Part shown: positions 38,082 to 50,625 of the stretch, in pieces
Layout of the letters: every line of letters starts with the position of its first letter
How positions within the stretch are numbered: the stretch's first letter is position 1
Assembly (NCBI RefSeq): GCF_003918875.1
Contig: NW_025767080.1
Location: 496,001 to 560,000, forward strand
Reading direction: 5' to 3'
DNA length: 64,000 nucleotides
DNA from: Haliotis rubra
Lineage: Eukaryota
Translations under genes and position numbers: made by a program
Notes under the pieces: generated by a model
The model's database searches: none
Told to the model about the DNA's origin: nothing
Seen by the model: only the letters and a program-made list of their open reading frames with translations

Positions 38082-38895
38082 ATACAATAGCCAATCTCTC
38101 TGATGGCCTGGGTCTTAGCGTTGCTTTATGGAACAAGGTACAGACCTGTACAATAACCAATCTCTCTGATGGCCTGGGTCTTAACGTTGCTTTATGGAAC
38201 AAGGTAGAGGCTTGTACAATAACCAATCTCTCTGATGGCCTGGGTCTTAACGTTGCTTTATGGAACAAGGTAGAGGCTTGTACAATAACCAATCTCTCTG
38301 ATGGCCTGTGTCTTAACGTTGCTTTATGGAACAAGGTAGAGGCTTGTACAATAACCAATCTCTCTGATGGCCTGGGTCTTAACGTTGCTTTATGGAACAA
38401 GGTAGAGGCTTGTACAATAACCAATCTCTCTGATGGCCTGGGTCTTAACGTTGCTTTATGGAACAAGGTAGAGGCTTGTACAATAACCAATCTCTCTGAT
38501 GGCCTGTGTCTTGGCCTGTGTCTTAACGTTGCTTTATGGAACAAGGTAGAGGCTTGTACAATAACCAATCTCTCTGATGGCCTGGGTCTTAACATTGCTT
38601 TATGGAACAAGGTACAGGCCTGTACAATAACCAATCTCTCTGATGGCCTGGGTCTTAGCGTTGCTTTATGGAACAAGGTAGAGGCCTGTACAATAACCAA
38701 TCTCTCTGATGGCCTGGTACAATAACTGTACAATAACCAATCTCTCTGATGGCCTGGGTCTTAACGTTGCTTTATGGAACAAGGTAGAGGCCGATGCAAT
38801 AGCCAATCTCTCTGATGGCCTAGGTCTTAACATTGCTTTATGGAACAAAGTAGAGGCCTGTACAATAGCCAATCTCTCTTATGGGCTTGGTCTTA
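38082..38895. repeat. 66-bp minisatellite (~12 copies)
   Basis: aataaccaatctctctgatggcctgggtcttaacgttgctttatggaacaaggtagaggcttgtac repeated. Gives the 22-aa-periodic ORF 38056..38733. Confidence 0.95.
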
Positions 38896-39497
38896 TCCTT
38901 AATTGAACTCTCAGTCATACTGTCACAGGAAGTACAGTATTTTAGTTCCACCAGTGTGCCATGTACGAGCAGTGTTTGAAATAATCAAATTTTCCACATT
39001 GTACATCATGACATCTACTTACAAAACTTAAATAATTTAACTAAAATATCCAGTTACAGTAAAATGCCGTTCATTGTGTTTTGGCAATAATTTAGCAGTT
39101 AATACTGATTAGTGAAAAACAAATAATAACAAAAGTAAACATTTAACATTGTTTATTCCTTGCCAGTCAGACAGGAAATTTCAGTAGAACAAGCATTCTT
39201 GCATAACCCCACAATGCATAGGAATTCAGGAATATCTTGTGCATAGAAATATACTCTTTTAAAACCAACAGCACCCAATATAAACAATCGAGCACAGAAT
39301 TTACTCATAACTAGCACACATCTATTCTGTGTTGGCCTGGTAAGACTAATCAAGGTAAAACTCTGTGTCCATAACTTATTTTGAAACGTGTAAGTTTAGT
39401 CTAAGCCTAACAAAATTAAGAAATAAATTTTACATAAAATAGTTAACACTTTCTGTGGTAGTGGCTTTAGCAGTACAGATAGAAGGGTGCCGTATAC

Positions 39498-39891
39498 TAG
39501 GGGTGTCGCGATACGCGAATGTATCGATGCATCGATACATTTTTACTGACGATACGATATGCGATACATGCTTGCGTGTATCGATTCCTATTTTAAAACT
39601 TTATCGATTCAACTTTTTATGCTATATCCATCTCCTTCAAAGTCTTGATAGTAAAATTATACGAGACCGCTCCGATAAATAGATGTAGCTAGCTATATTT
39701 AAAAAATAGGTTGGAAACTAACAGCTTTTGTGATTGGCTAGACTATTTTGATGGACCAATCAGCAAGCGCGTACGTTGCCGGTAAGGTAATGCTATGAAA
39801 AGGCGCGAAAATTATGTATCGCGATACGTATCGTAACCTTAAAATCGTGATACGTATCGTATCGTGAGATTGGTGTATCGTGACACCCCTA
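39498..39891. mobile_element. hAT-type MITE (394 bp)
   Basis: TIRs taggggtgtc(g)cgatac and gtatcg(t)gacaccccta. Perfect 8-bp TSD ccgtatac at 39490-97 and 39892-99. Multiple subterminal cgatac/gtatcg motifs. Confidence 0.9.
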
Positions 39892-41765
39892 CCGTATACA
39901 CAGTAAGTGTGGTTATTATGTGGGAATCATGTACATGTACAGTAATCTGTGAAGACCGTGTTCAGTTGGAGTGAAACTAGTGACAATTTTCTACTGGATA
40001 GTCTAAATCTCTTTCTCACATACAATTCTTTTCTTTACTGAAGTAAACTGTCTACAAACAAAATGCAAGAAATATCAGATAAATCCACAAAATGCAGTCT
40101 GAGTAATTGCACCTGTTAATTCATATATATATATTCATAGGATCAGAGATAAAGTATTACACACAATGAACGTTATATCATAAACGTTATTAAATGAATT
40201 TATGAACATATATTTGTCAAAGTATGTTAGGAAACATACAAAACAACTGAGGTCATCAGCAATAGCTGAGAGATCACCAGCTGGTATACATGCACCAGTG
40301 CTCCTGACCTGCACTCTGACCTCTGTTGCAGTACAGCCAATGATTGTCTTGTTTTGACACATTGATTAAAACTCAAAACGTACCTTTGTAAGCTTGTGTA
40401 AACAGTTGTGAAAACATTTGAATACACCAAATTTTGTGCCAAAGTCAAACAGCAAGTTTAAGTTTGTGGCAATGTACACCTGGTGAAATACATTTCATGT
40501 AATCTGTTAAAACCAATATGGTGTCAAAGGATGCATTCAATACTTTCTCTTTCAAATTCCAGTGCTACAACAATGTCCCAATCCCATTGCATCTCTATAA
40601 ACTCAATCTCATTTGTTCATATTTCCATATTAATAACAACATCCAAATAAAATAACAGCATTCACAAAAACTAAAATTTGCATTTCTTAAACAAACAATA
40701 TTCATCACATTGAGATCCTTCACAACAATAACAATAGTGTATGTTTCAAAATGCATACAGGTTGTTCTATGTCGTCTATATGGGGAATCTCTTGGGATTC
40801 AGCATAAAATATTACAGCAAAAATATACAAAGCTGCCTTGTGATAAATGTGAGTGAGTAGAAGCTATCCATAGCTAAATAAATATCGATATATACAGTAA
40901 CCACGGCAACAAGGACAATAGAAGATGTAGGGCTGCAACAAGTCAGTATTGTTCAGTAATATTCCAGTAACATCACAGTAATGGACACCAGGTGTTGGGG
41001 AGACCAAGAAGTCACCCATTTTGCAGGACATTGTCATGCAAGGTACCCCAGGTTACTTCCTATATTCTGAAATGTGTCATAATAAAAGTTCCCTCATTAG
41101 GATCCCTGTTTTAAGCAGCAGCCTTGAGCTACCAGATAATCAAAGTCAACCAGTAGCCTGGTGAAAGAGGCTGGAATCGGTTATGTCCCGGACTGTGTAC
41201 ACTGGTATCAATTCACTGCCATCTCAGATCTGAGATGTGTGTGGTGTTATTGCAGTCCTACAGAACCATTGAGTTTACCATTTCTTCAGATCATTATAAC
41301 ATCTACAATCAAACCTTCAGGGATATTTGTCCCTTGGAATACTGATATTGACTACAGATGATGTTTTCTGTGATCACAGATCATTGACAATCTTAACAAT
41401 GTATCATTCTTGACTTCACAGTATATAATTGGTTCCCTGACACAATTAACAAAATATGATCCTACTGATAAGCTTAATCAAGCTGAAAGATATGATTCTC
41501 AGAAAAATATTTTCATAATCACTCGGTAAACAATATAATTGGGGTTTTTATGTGGGGGTGGGTGGATGGGCATCTTTTCATGGTTGAACATGAAAATATT
41601 TACCCATATTCATCATTTGCACCAATAAGGGTCCCGAAACTCTAATAATTACCCAATTAGTCAAATCAAATCAGTAACAGATCACAGATCACTTACAAGA
41701 ACCAGATCTTTTAATGTTCCATGCTATGAAAGCCCAGCAACAAATAGTCCTAGGGCAAGCAGTTA

Positions 41766-41916
41766 TCAATCCCACCACTTCTGCAGCATGTAATTCTGGT
41801 TGTCTTCCTTGATGAAGCCAAACTGTGAGTAGAACTTGACGAGGGGGTCTCGACATTCTAGTGACACTTTGTAACACCCAACCTTGGCACTCAGCAAGGT
41901 CATGCTGTCTACAAGT
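41766..41916 (-). CDS. GNPNAT1: GNPNAT1 last coding exon
   Basis: ctgcag| acceptor on the minus strand. Translates (L)LVDSMTLLSAKVGCYKVSLECRDPLVKFYSQFGFIKEDNQNYMLQKWWD-TGA (GNA1 CYKxxLxC...FYxxFG). Confidence 0.93.
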
Positions 41917-42109
41917 CTGCAGAAGAAACATAAAGGGACGATAAAGTAACTTCAAACATCACAATGTCTGCTGTGGCTTTCACACCATCAATAACAATGT
42001 TGAGATAATGAAAATGTGATAATGAGAATAATTTTAACAATGTCCTGGCTAATTCCAGCGTCAACTATAAACTATGTCATGGGTCTGATTCACCCTAGCT
42101 CTCATGGAT

Positions 42110-44262
42110 CCAGATCAGAATCTATCCTGACAGCCAGACCCAAATATGATTGCCACCCAAGAAAAGCCAGACCATGATCTAAATCTACCCTGGCAGAGCC
42201 AGACTCTGATATTAATCTACCCTGACACAATCCCATCCAGATATTCAACTACCCGAGCACAGCCAGAACCGAATCTGAATCTACCCTGACACAATCCCAT
42301 CCAGATATTCATCTACCCGAGCACAGCCAGAACCGGATCTGAATCTACCCTGACACTTCCAGACTCAGATATTCATCTACCCAAGCACAGCCAGAACCGA
42401 ATCTGAATCTACCCTGACACAATCCCATCCAGATATTCATCTACCCGAGCACAGCCAGAACCGGATCTGAATCTACCCTGACACTTCCAGACTCAGATAT
42501 CCATCTACCCGAGCACAGCCAGAACCGGATCTGAATCTACCCTAACAACCCATCCAGATATTCATCTACCCGAGCACAGCCAGAACCGGATCTGAATCTA
42601 CCCTGACACAATCCCATCCAGATATTCATCTACCCGAGCACAGCCAGAACCGGATCTGAATCTACCCTGACACTTCCAGACTCAGATATCCATCTACCCG
42701 AGCACAGCCAGAACCGGATCTGAATCTACCCTGACACAATCCCATCCAGATATTCATCTACCCGAGCACAGCCAGAACCGGATCTGAATCTACCCTGACA
42801 CTTCCAGACTCAGATATTCATCTACCCGAGCACAGCCAGAACCGGATCTGAATCTACCCTGACACAATCCCATCCAGATATTCATCTACCCGAGCACAGC
42901 CAGAACCGGATCTGAATCTACCCTGTCAGTTCCAGACTCAGATATCCATCTACTCGAGCACAGCCAGAACCGGATCTGAATCTACCCTGACACAATCCCA
43001 TCCAGATATTCATCTACCCGAGCGCAGCCAGAACCGGATCTGAATCTACCCTGACACTTCCAGACTCAGATATCGATCTACCCGAGCACAGCCAGACCCA
43101 GATCTGAATCTACCCTGACACTTCCAGACTCAGATATTCATCTACCCAAGCACAGCCAGACCCAGCTCTGAATCTACCCTGACACTTCCAGACTCAGATA
43201 TCCATATACCTGAGCACAGCCAGACCCAGATCTGAAGCTACCCTGACACTTCCAGACTCAGATATTCATCTACCCGAGCACAGCCAGACCCAGATCTGAA
43301 TCTACCCCGACACTTCCAGACTCAGATATCCATCTACCCAAGCACAGCCAGACCCAGATCTGAAGCTACCCTGACACTTCCAGACTCAGATATTCATCTA
43401 CCCGAGCACCGCCAGACCCAGATCTGAATCTACCCTGACACTTCCAGACTCAGATATTCATCTGCCCAAGCACAGCCAGACCCAGATCTGAATCTACCCT
43501 GACACTTCCAGACTCAGATATTCATCTACCCAAGCACAGCCAGACCCAGATCTGGATCTACCCTGACACTTCCAGACTCATATATCCATCTACCCAAGCA
43601 CAGCCAGACCCAGATCTGAATCTACCCTGACACTTCCAGACTCAGATATCCATCTACCCAAGCACAGCCAGACCCAGATCTGAAGCTACCCTGACACTTC
43701 CAGACTCAGATATTCATCTACCCGAGCACCGCCAGACCCAGATCTGAATCTACCCTGACACTTCCAGACTCAGATATTCATCTGCCCAAGCACAGCCAGA
43801 CCCAGATCTGAATCTACCCTGACACTTCCAGACTCAGATATTCATCTACCCAAGCACAGCCAGACCCAGATCTGGATCTACCCTGACACTTCCAGACTCA
43901 TATATCCATCTACCCAAGCACAGCCAGAACCAGATCTGAATCTACCCTGACACTTCCAGACTCAGATATCCATCTACCCAAGCACAGCCAGACCCAGATC
44001 TGAATCTACCCTGACACTTCCAGACTCAGATATCCATCTACCCAAGCACAGCCAGAACCAGATCTGAATCTACCCTGACACTTCCAGACTCAGATATCCA
44101 TCTACCCAAGCACAGCCAGAACCAGATCTGAATCTACCCTGACACTTCCAGACTCAGATATTCATCTACCCAAGCACAGCCAGACCCAGATCTGGATCTA
44201 CCCTGACACTTCCAGACTCATATATCCATCTACCCAAGCACAGCCAGAACCAGATCTGAATC
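42110..44262. repeat. ~2.1 kb minisatellite of a 64-bp unit (32+32 dimer) in GNPNAT1 intron 5
   Basis: acagccagaaccggatctgaatctaccctgac + acttccagactcagatattcatctacccgagc, repeated over 30 times. Confidence 0.96.
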
Positions 44263-44293
44263 AAGCTAGCAGCAAGACTCTTACAATACTTAC

Positions 44294-44355
44294 AGTTTTC
44301 CAAGCTGCTTTCCTCTGTAGAGATCACTAACCACAACGTCTTCCACTCGTCCTCT
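44294..44355 (-). CDS. GNPNAT1: GNPNAT1 exon 5 (acetyl-CoA binding motif A)
   Basis: ttcag| acceptor and |gtaagt donor. Translates RGRVEDVVVSDLYRGKQLGK(L). Confidence 0.95.
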
Positions 44356-44500
44356 CTGAAACATACAAAGAACAACGTCAACTGGGAGTTTGAGTCGATC
44401 TCAGTAATCTTACTATTCTTAGCTCCATGAAAATAGCCATCCCTCATGATATCAATAGGCCTTGGACATATCTTACTCTATGAACACCCATGTATCTCAC

Positions 44501-44631
44501 CGCAGAGGCTTGGTGTATAAACTTGGTCTCCTTCACCAGTGTGGCAGACGCGATGATCTGCCCTGACTCTGTATTCTCTATTACTGTCACATAGTAGTTC
44601 TCAGGACAATTCTTCATCTGCATGAAGCGGG
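44501..44631 (-). CDS. GNPNAT1: GNPNAT1 exon 4
   Basis: ttgtag| acceptor and |gtgaga donor. Translates (A)RFMQMKNCPENYYVTVIENTESGQIIASATLVKETKFIHQASA. Confidence 0.94.
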
Positions 44632-45011
44632 CTACAAAACAGCAGTTCAATGGTGGTTAGTTCATTGGATAGATAAATAGATGCACTGACAGGGGTGAAT
44701 TGGGTGGGGATGGGAAGGACTCAAAGGTGGAAAGACCTGTGATGTACAGATGGATGAAGGAGCTATGGATACACATGGAAGTGTCTGAAAATTCTCTTTT
44801 AGGTATGGGGGATACAGTTGAAAACTGGATAAACTGACAAACAAATTGATAGCTTATAAATAAATACTGATGGACAGAGAAAATCAGATGACATTACAAG
44901 TGTTTCAATGAAATAAAATTATTGTTCTATTTATTTCCATTCGGGTCCATAATTATATTAATAATTTTTTCAAACTGGGTGTGAGACATACTATGAAATA
45001 AACATTCCTAC

Positions 45012-45074
45012 CTTCAAACTCTTCCCTGCTTACATCCCCAACTTTGGTCAGGTGTGTCAGCAGCTGCAGAAAAC
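45012..45074 (-). CDS. GNPNAT1: GNPNAT1 exon 3
   Basis: ttgcag| acceptor and |gtagga donor. Translates (G)FLQLLTHLTKVGDVSREEFE. Confidence 0.92.
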
Positions 45075-45917
45075 CTGCAAGGCAAGGAAGGGAAAGTTAG
45101 ATAAAGAAACCAGTTGTTAACATACATAAGGTTGTAATGAGTTTCATAACACACTGAAAATGAGCTGAATTGCCCCGAAATATCCATCTATGATCAGTTT
45201 CATTAACTACGTATGTTGGCATGAGAGAATTCATCATTCATGTTGATATATACCACACACATATTTTACCCATCAAGCACAACTCCCTGTAAGTGCACAT
45301 TAACTGTAGGGATACTCAATAGTAAGGCAAAATCTGTCATACGTAGAAAAAGAATGACATTTCTCAAAGATCTATCGAGTAAATTGTCATATACAATGTT
45401 GTCTTATAATATACAAAATATATAATACTGAGTCTTTAGTGATGTAAGTACCAGATATTCGTTTTATTGCATTGTGTCAGTACTATGATTGGACAAAAGA
45501 AAAGGACTGATGTTTGACTTGAAGACATGCACCACTTTAAATCAACATCCAGCATGTCATCAAGAAAATGTAAAAGAAAACTAAAAAAGTAACCATACAA
45601 TCAAAAAGACAAGTTCACCCCTAAACTGAACTGTGTGGCAGGTTTAATAAAGAAATATTAACGGCAGTTCTGCTTCGAAATGAACACTGCTCTCATTTTA
45701 ATAAAAACTGAAATAAGTTAAAATCCAAAATCTTCTAAAGGAACTAGTTCACCACAAAGACTAATCATGAGAATATATAAAACATCCCAAATCTTTAACT
45801 ATTTTCAACAGAAATATTAAACAATTAAGAGTTCACTGACTCCTGTAAAAGTGTCTCCAGCTAAGCTGTGTTGTATGTTTGTACAGACCCCAACATGACT
45901 AAATAAATCGTGCTTAA

Positions 45918-47984
45918 AGGGGAAGTGTACACGATAAAATCACATTTATTCTTATGTGAAACAAAATTAAATATTTTAATTATTTAATATCAATGTTTGA
46001 AATTATACACTCATTTTTCTTACAATGAAAGTATAACCCTCAAAATAAGTGCTGAAATGTTATGCCATCATGTGGTCCTTGTTTGCCAAGCTAAACAGGC
46101 CAGAGTTACCGCCCTTTGATTATGACGTAATTGGTGCCACTTAATTTTAAACTGGTCTTCTGTCTAGTCCCAAATCAAAAGATAATAATACTGAAATTAA
46201 CCATGTGAGAAAAGTTTGTGAAAATACGAAAGAAGCATAAGAACTGAAAATGTAAGCAGCAGAGATAGATTGATCGTGTGTATTTTCATTCAGAACCTCA
46301 CCTCAATGAAATACCAAATATGTGTAACAATGTTGATGTACGTATGACATCACTATCGGGAAGTGACATTCTCAAAATGGCGTGTTCACTGACACGAGTA
46401 CGCCGGAATTTTCGACAGGAAATTTCGTTGTCTCAAGCAACGTATATACATAAATGTGACATGTAAGTAGTCCGAAGCATTCTGACAATCTGCTGGTTCT
46501 TATTTCCTTTTTGTTTTCATTGTGACCAAGGGAAATAGTCAGAAATGAAGAGAACTTCCATCGTCGGTGTGCGTGAATGTTTCATCAGTCATGGCGTCAC
46601 ACTTTCAGAAACTATAATATGTTGCAACAATACCTTTCCCATGCATGGTCTAAAACTAATGAATCTCGGAAATCATTAGAATACACCTATTTTATTTAAC
46701 TATCGCTTGCTACAATACCTTTCCCATGCATGGTCTAAAACTAATGAGCAAGTGTATGCAACAAAAGTAGGCGAACCGAACAGAGTGAAATCTGAATTCG
46801 ACTTTGTTTACATTACAAACAAGTGGTCCTTTCCCAGCACGGCATCTGATATATTTCGTTAGATTTCACTTGGTATTGGTGACAAAGACCATTTGTCATT
46901 TTATTTTGAACTGTATGAGGAATTCATGGATTCGTGTAAGAGTACGTTTGACGTGATTTTATAAACACTCTGCCATATGGCCTGAAAATTCACTTTGACG
47001 TTAACTGTGTGTATTTCGTAATGTGTCAAAACTGGTCAGATTTACAATGCATGTAATTTTCAGTATATTTGCCTTACGATGAGCGGATGATGTCATAGAA
47101 AACCTAATTTCAAACAGAATTAAAAACTGCCAATTGCATTTTTCCTCGTGATGTATTTGGATATTTTATCGATAGGTGGGAAGAGAGGAAGGGGTGGGCC
47201 ATATATTTACGATTTATGTAGGAATTAAGTAACAAACATAGAATGCCGACATATTCACCGATGGCAAGCTAGATGTAGTGCATAAACATTTTAGTTTTTG
47301 TGCAAAACGATACTGTTGAAAGAAGACTGACTCAGGTTGAATGTTGTACAATTTGGTTACGTGGTAACACTGTTTGTACAATGTATACGTTTTTTCAAAC
47401 TGCAACTTCATCACAGTGTGGAACTGACCACATAGTCAGCTGACGGCCAGGCAACAGCTGGATTAAAACAGTAGCCTGTGCAATCCAGACACTAGAACCA
47501 CACCTATACCTGCACCACATGAAATGGGTCAAACAACGTCATTCGTTTATCAGTCTGGCACCAATGACATCATTTCCAAGGAACATAAGCCATGGTGTGT
47601 TTATTGTGGACATAGAACTCTCGGTTTATGTGGAAAATTTGAATCAATATAATGCAAAAAATAAATAAGTTACTTCTGATATCTGTACTGTTTTGGCTAT
47701 AAAACAACTTGACAAACACTTTTTAAGATGAAAAAGTGCAGACAAAAAGGTTAATGTTTGTGTAAACTTGCCCTGTAAATGAAGACCAATAAAGTATTGA
47801 ACAATGTTGAAGTGTTCTTCTTACATTAAAGTGAACAAAATGAGCTAATACTCTGCAGGTAAGGTATATGTCCCAACTATCCCAATTCAACAAGAAACTG
47901 CTGTCCATAAAACCATAATTAACACCCATATATATTTTAATTGTTTTAGTCACTAGAAACTATTTTCCATGTGTTGATACTTCT
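45918..47984. mobile_element. Possible old TTAA-flanked (Kolobok/piggyBac-like) non-autonomous DNA transposon
   Basis: Starts ttaa|aggggaagtgtacac and ends gtgttgatacttctt|ttaa (imperfect TIR). Internal direct repeat at ~46627 and ~46712. No coding remnant recognised. Confidence 0.35.
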
Positions 47985-48394
47985 TTTAACCAATCACAGG
48001 TAGGATCTATATTTTGTTGAGCATAAAAGCAGTGATCTCTGAATATATGGCATCTGTATGGACAATCAGATAATCAACCAAGAGGAGTATGACCTCAGAG
48101 ACTGGACAGATAGCCCTTCTTCAGAGAATGGGCTGATAGTACCACTTCAACTATGTATATTGAACTCTAGGTATAAACAGTACACTTGTGTACCCAATAA
48201 AACAATGAAGGATTATGAATATTTGGTATATTTTCATGAAATTCTGTGCTCAGTTTTCAATACCAAAAAAATAATAATAGAATATTCATAATCCCAGACT
48301 TTATTGTTCAGTTCGCAAAAATCTCTATATGAACCTTATCTCATCATCAATATCCTCAACAGCATATGACAGAGCCTCTCAGATGTCATCAGAT

Positions 48395-48760
48395 GTAACA
48401 TGTTATATTTAGGATTATGCTTTCTCAGTAAAGTACAGATTCTAAAACTTTTGGGGTTGAGTACCATAATTCAAACCCACATTATCAGAGTAAGGCGCCT
48501 AAAGCCAACACAAATTTAGCATGCTTAGCAATCGAACAGTCAGCCATCGCAGCTTCCACAAAATGAGTAGATGTTCATTAGTAATGATACAGGCAAGATG
48601 CTTTACAGATGACATCCTTCCATCAGCCGACTGAGTGGACTAGATCGCTGACTAGTGTGCTAGGTATTAGTCCTCGATGGGACTCAACCAAAACAGTATT
48701 AGTACCAAAATAGTGAACCCCCAAAAGTTAGATGTGTTACATTTTCATCACTGATGTCAA
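48395..48760. mobile_element. Diverged copy of a fold-back tRNA-derived element
   Basis: 48399..48550 is the reverse complement of the 57309..57470 arm (agtaaagtacagattcta, ttcaaacccac, cagagtaaggcgcct). 48620..48750 is a decayed arm in the opposite orientation. Confidence 0.55.
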
Positions 48761-49920
48761 TAACCCACAAGTCCACCCACACTGACAATACGGCTGAATA
48801 TTGGAAAATATTTATGACAATCATAATTATGTGATGCACCACAGTCCTGCATGGTACAGTGCACTGCACCATATCACAGCTTGCAGCTTATGAGTCTGGT
48901 GTCTCTGCAAGCATGGCACCTAATTACAAGTGTCACTGTCTGGCAGCCGTGTAGCTGTGTATTTATTCCGACTGTCTTCATCTTAGAAACATGATGTATG
49001 CTTATGTACTTAAGTTCATCTATGGATATATATTTCTGAAAATAGGTTAAAGAACACCACTTTCTTTCACAATACAGCAGATAATCTGTGAAATATGGAG
49101 GAACTGGATGTTCGTTAACTTCTTTTGAGTTGAAATGCTATCACCGAAGGCCACAGATACATTTCAGTCAGATCTTGTGACAAGCAAGACAAAATGGGGA
49201 CCTATCCTTCTCCAGATTGGAATTATACCAACAGTATTAAAGTTTCCCTTTTGCACAGCGACACAGGCAACTGTGACCCAGCATATATCATGACCTCTCA
49301 AAATCATTAGCCATGTTGAAGTATGTGTCGATGTAGAACTGCCTTGGTGCAACGGTAGAATGACAAGAGCCTCAACTGATACAGATTTATAGCACTATTC
49401 ATAAGAGCGACCTGACTGACTAAAGGCTTCATACCTGTGTCAGGGGTCTTCTCGAAACTGATTTGGGGCTTATCAACTGACAACAACTCTATTTCACAGA
49501 CATCTTACAGCAAAATGTTTTCATAATAGTAAATGCGTCGTCTGTGTTAGATGCTGAACATTTGAAACAAATGCCTGTCACTGACACACATCATGCAGTG
49601 CTACAAAAGGATTGGCCTGTCATACAAAAAAGGGAGAGAGTGAGTCATGTTGAGTTGAATTCAACCCCCAAATCATAGGTTTCTGGAACATCAAAGGGAG
49701 GTAACTCTGCAGTTCTGAATTGCAGAGCTTCATATGACTGCTCCATCTATGTCCCCTCACACAGAAGGAAATGCTGGAGATGTAAACAATTCACATCGTT
49801 CTCACCTATGTACTACAAATATTTTATAATGCATTTACTTGTAGGTAAACAAAACAAGTACACCAGCATTTCATACTCCTTGTCATATGTAAAGATTGGT
49901 AGATTTTCCAGTGTTTTCAA

Positions 49921-50404
49921 AAACAAGAGTCATCAGAAGATGACAAATCCCCCCGGCCCCCATAAATTTGAAAGAACAAATCAACTGACAGTTACATTTT
50001 TTTGGACTAGGTCCAAATTGTTTCCAAGGAAATCAGGAAAAATGAAAATGCCAAAAATCTGCAAATAGCAAAAGGCACCACTTTAGGTTCTGTTCTGATA
50101 TATCTACCAAGTCTTGAAGAAAGATACTGAATGGTTTTCGAGTTGTGCTCCGGGAAACGAAGGTCACCCCGCCTTTTGAGTCTAAGTTCAAATCGTATCC
50201 ATGGAAACAAAGAAAAATAAAAATGCCAAAAATCTGTAAATAGCAAAAGGCACCACTTTAGGTTCTGTTTCGATATATCAACCAAGTTTTGTTGAAAAAT
50301 ATTGAACGATTTTTGAGTTATGCTCCGGAAACAAAATGATTACGGACAGACGGACGGACGGGGCGTCGACTATATCCCCCCGCATTACATACCGGGGGGA
50401 TAAT
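49921..50404 (-). mobile_element. Helentron/DINE-1-like (HINE) element
   Basis: On the minus strand: 5' palindrome atccccccgg...cggggggat, then a GTCC/GTCT microsatellite, two ~170-bp internal repeats, a gggggat subTIR copy, and a 3' hairpin gtcatc-ttct-gatgac followed by tcttgttt. Confidence 0.8.
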
Positions 50405-50464
50405 AAAGGAAGATGTTTGTCTACTATATAACACCACAATTAGCAACATTCCAAAAGTACGGGG

Positions 50465-50625
50465 GGCCTGTAATAATCAAGTCGGGACCACACAAATCCA
50501 GTGGTTGATATTGTGAGCATAAGTTGCTATTGGCGTACAATGGCAGGCAATCAACCAAGTCGCCAAGCCACACCACTCGATCCGTTTGCCTCTTACAACC
50601 AGCACAGGCTGCTGCTACTTTGACT
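50465..50625 (-). mobile_element. Decayed SINE-like interspersed repeat fragment
   Basis: The stretch ggaccac..aatccagtg...tcaaccaagtc...ccactcgatcc...gcctcttacaaccagca resembles a common gastropod SINE body as I recall it. Not verified by search. Confidence 0.4.

Noticed and set aside
38056-38733. 225-aa ORF with a 22-aa period
   Set aside because: Translation of a 66-bp minisatellite with no unique flanking coding sequence.
46350-46470. Promoter-like motifs (CGGGAAGT, AAAATGGCG) plus a GTAAGT suggesting a nested antisense gene in GNPNAT1 intron 2
   Set aside because: No downstream coding exons found. The motifs lie inside a probable old DNA transposon and could be chance.
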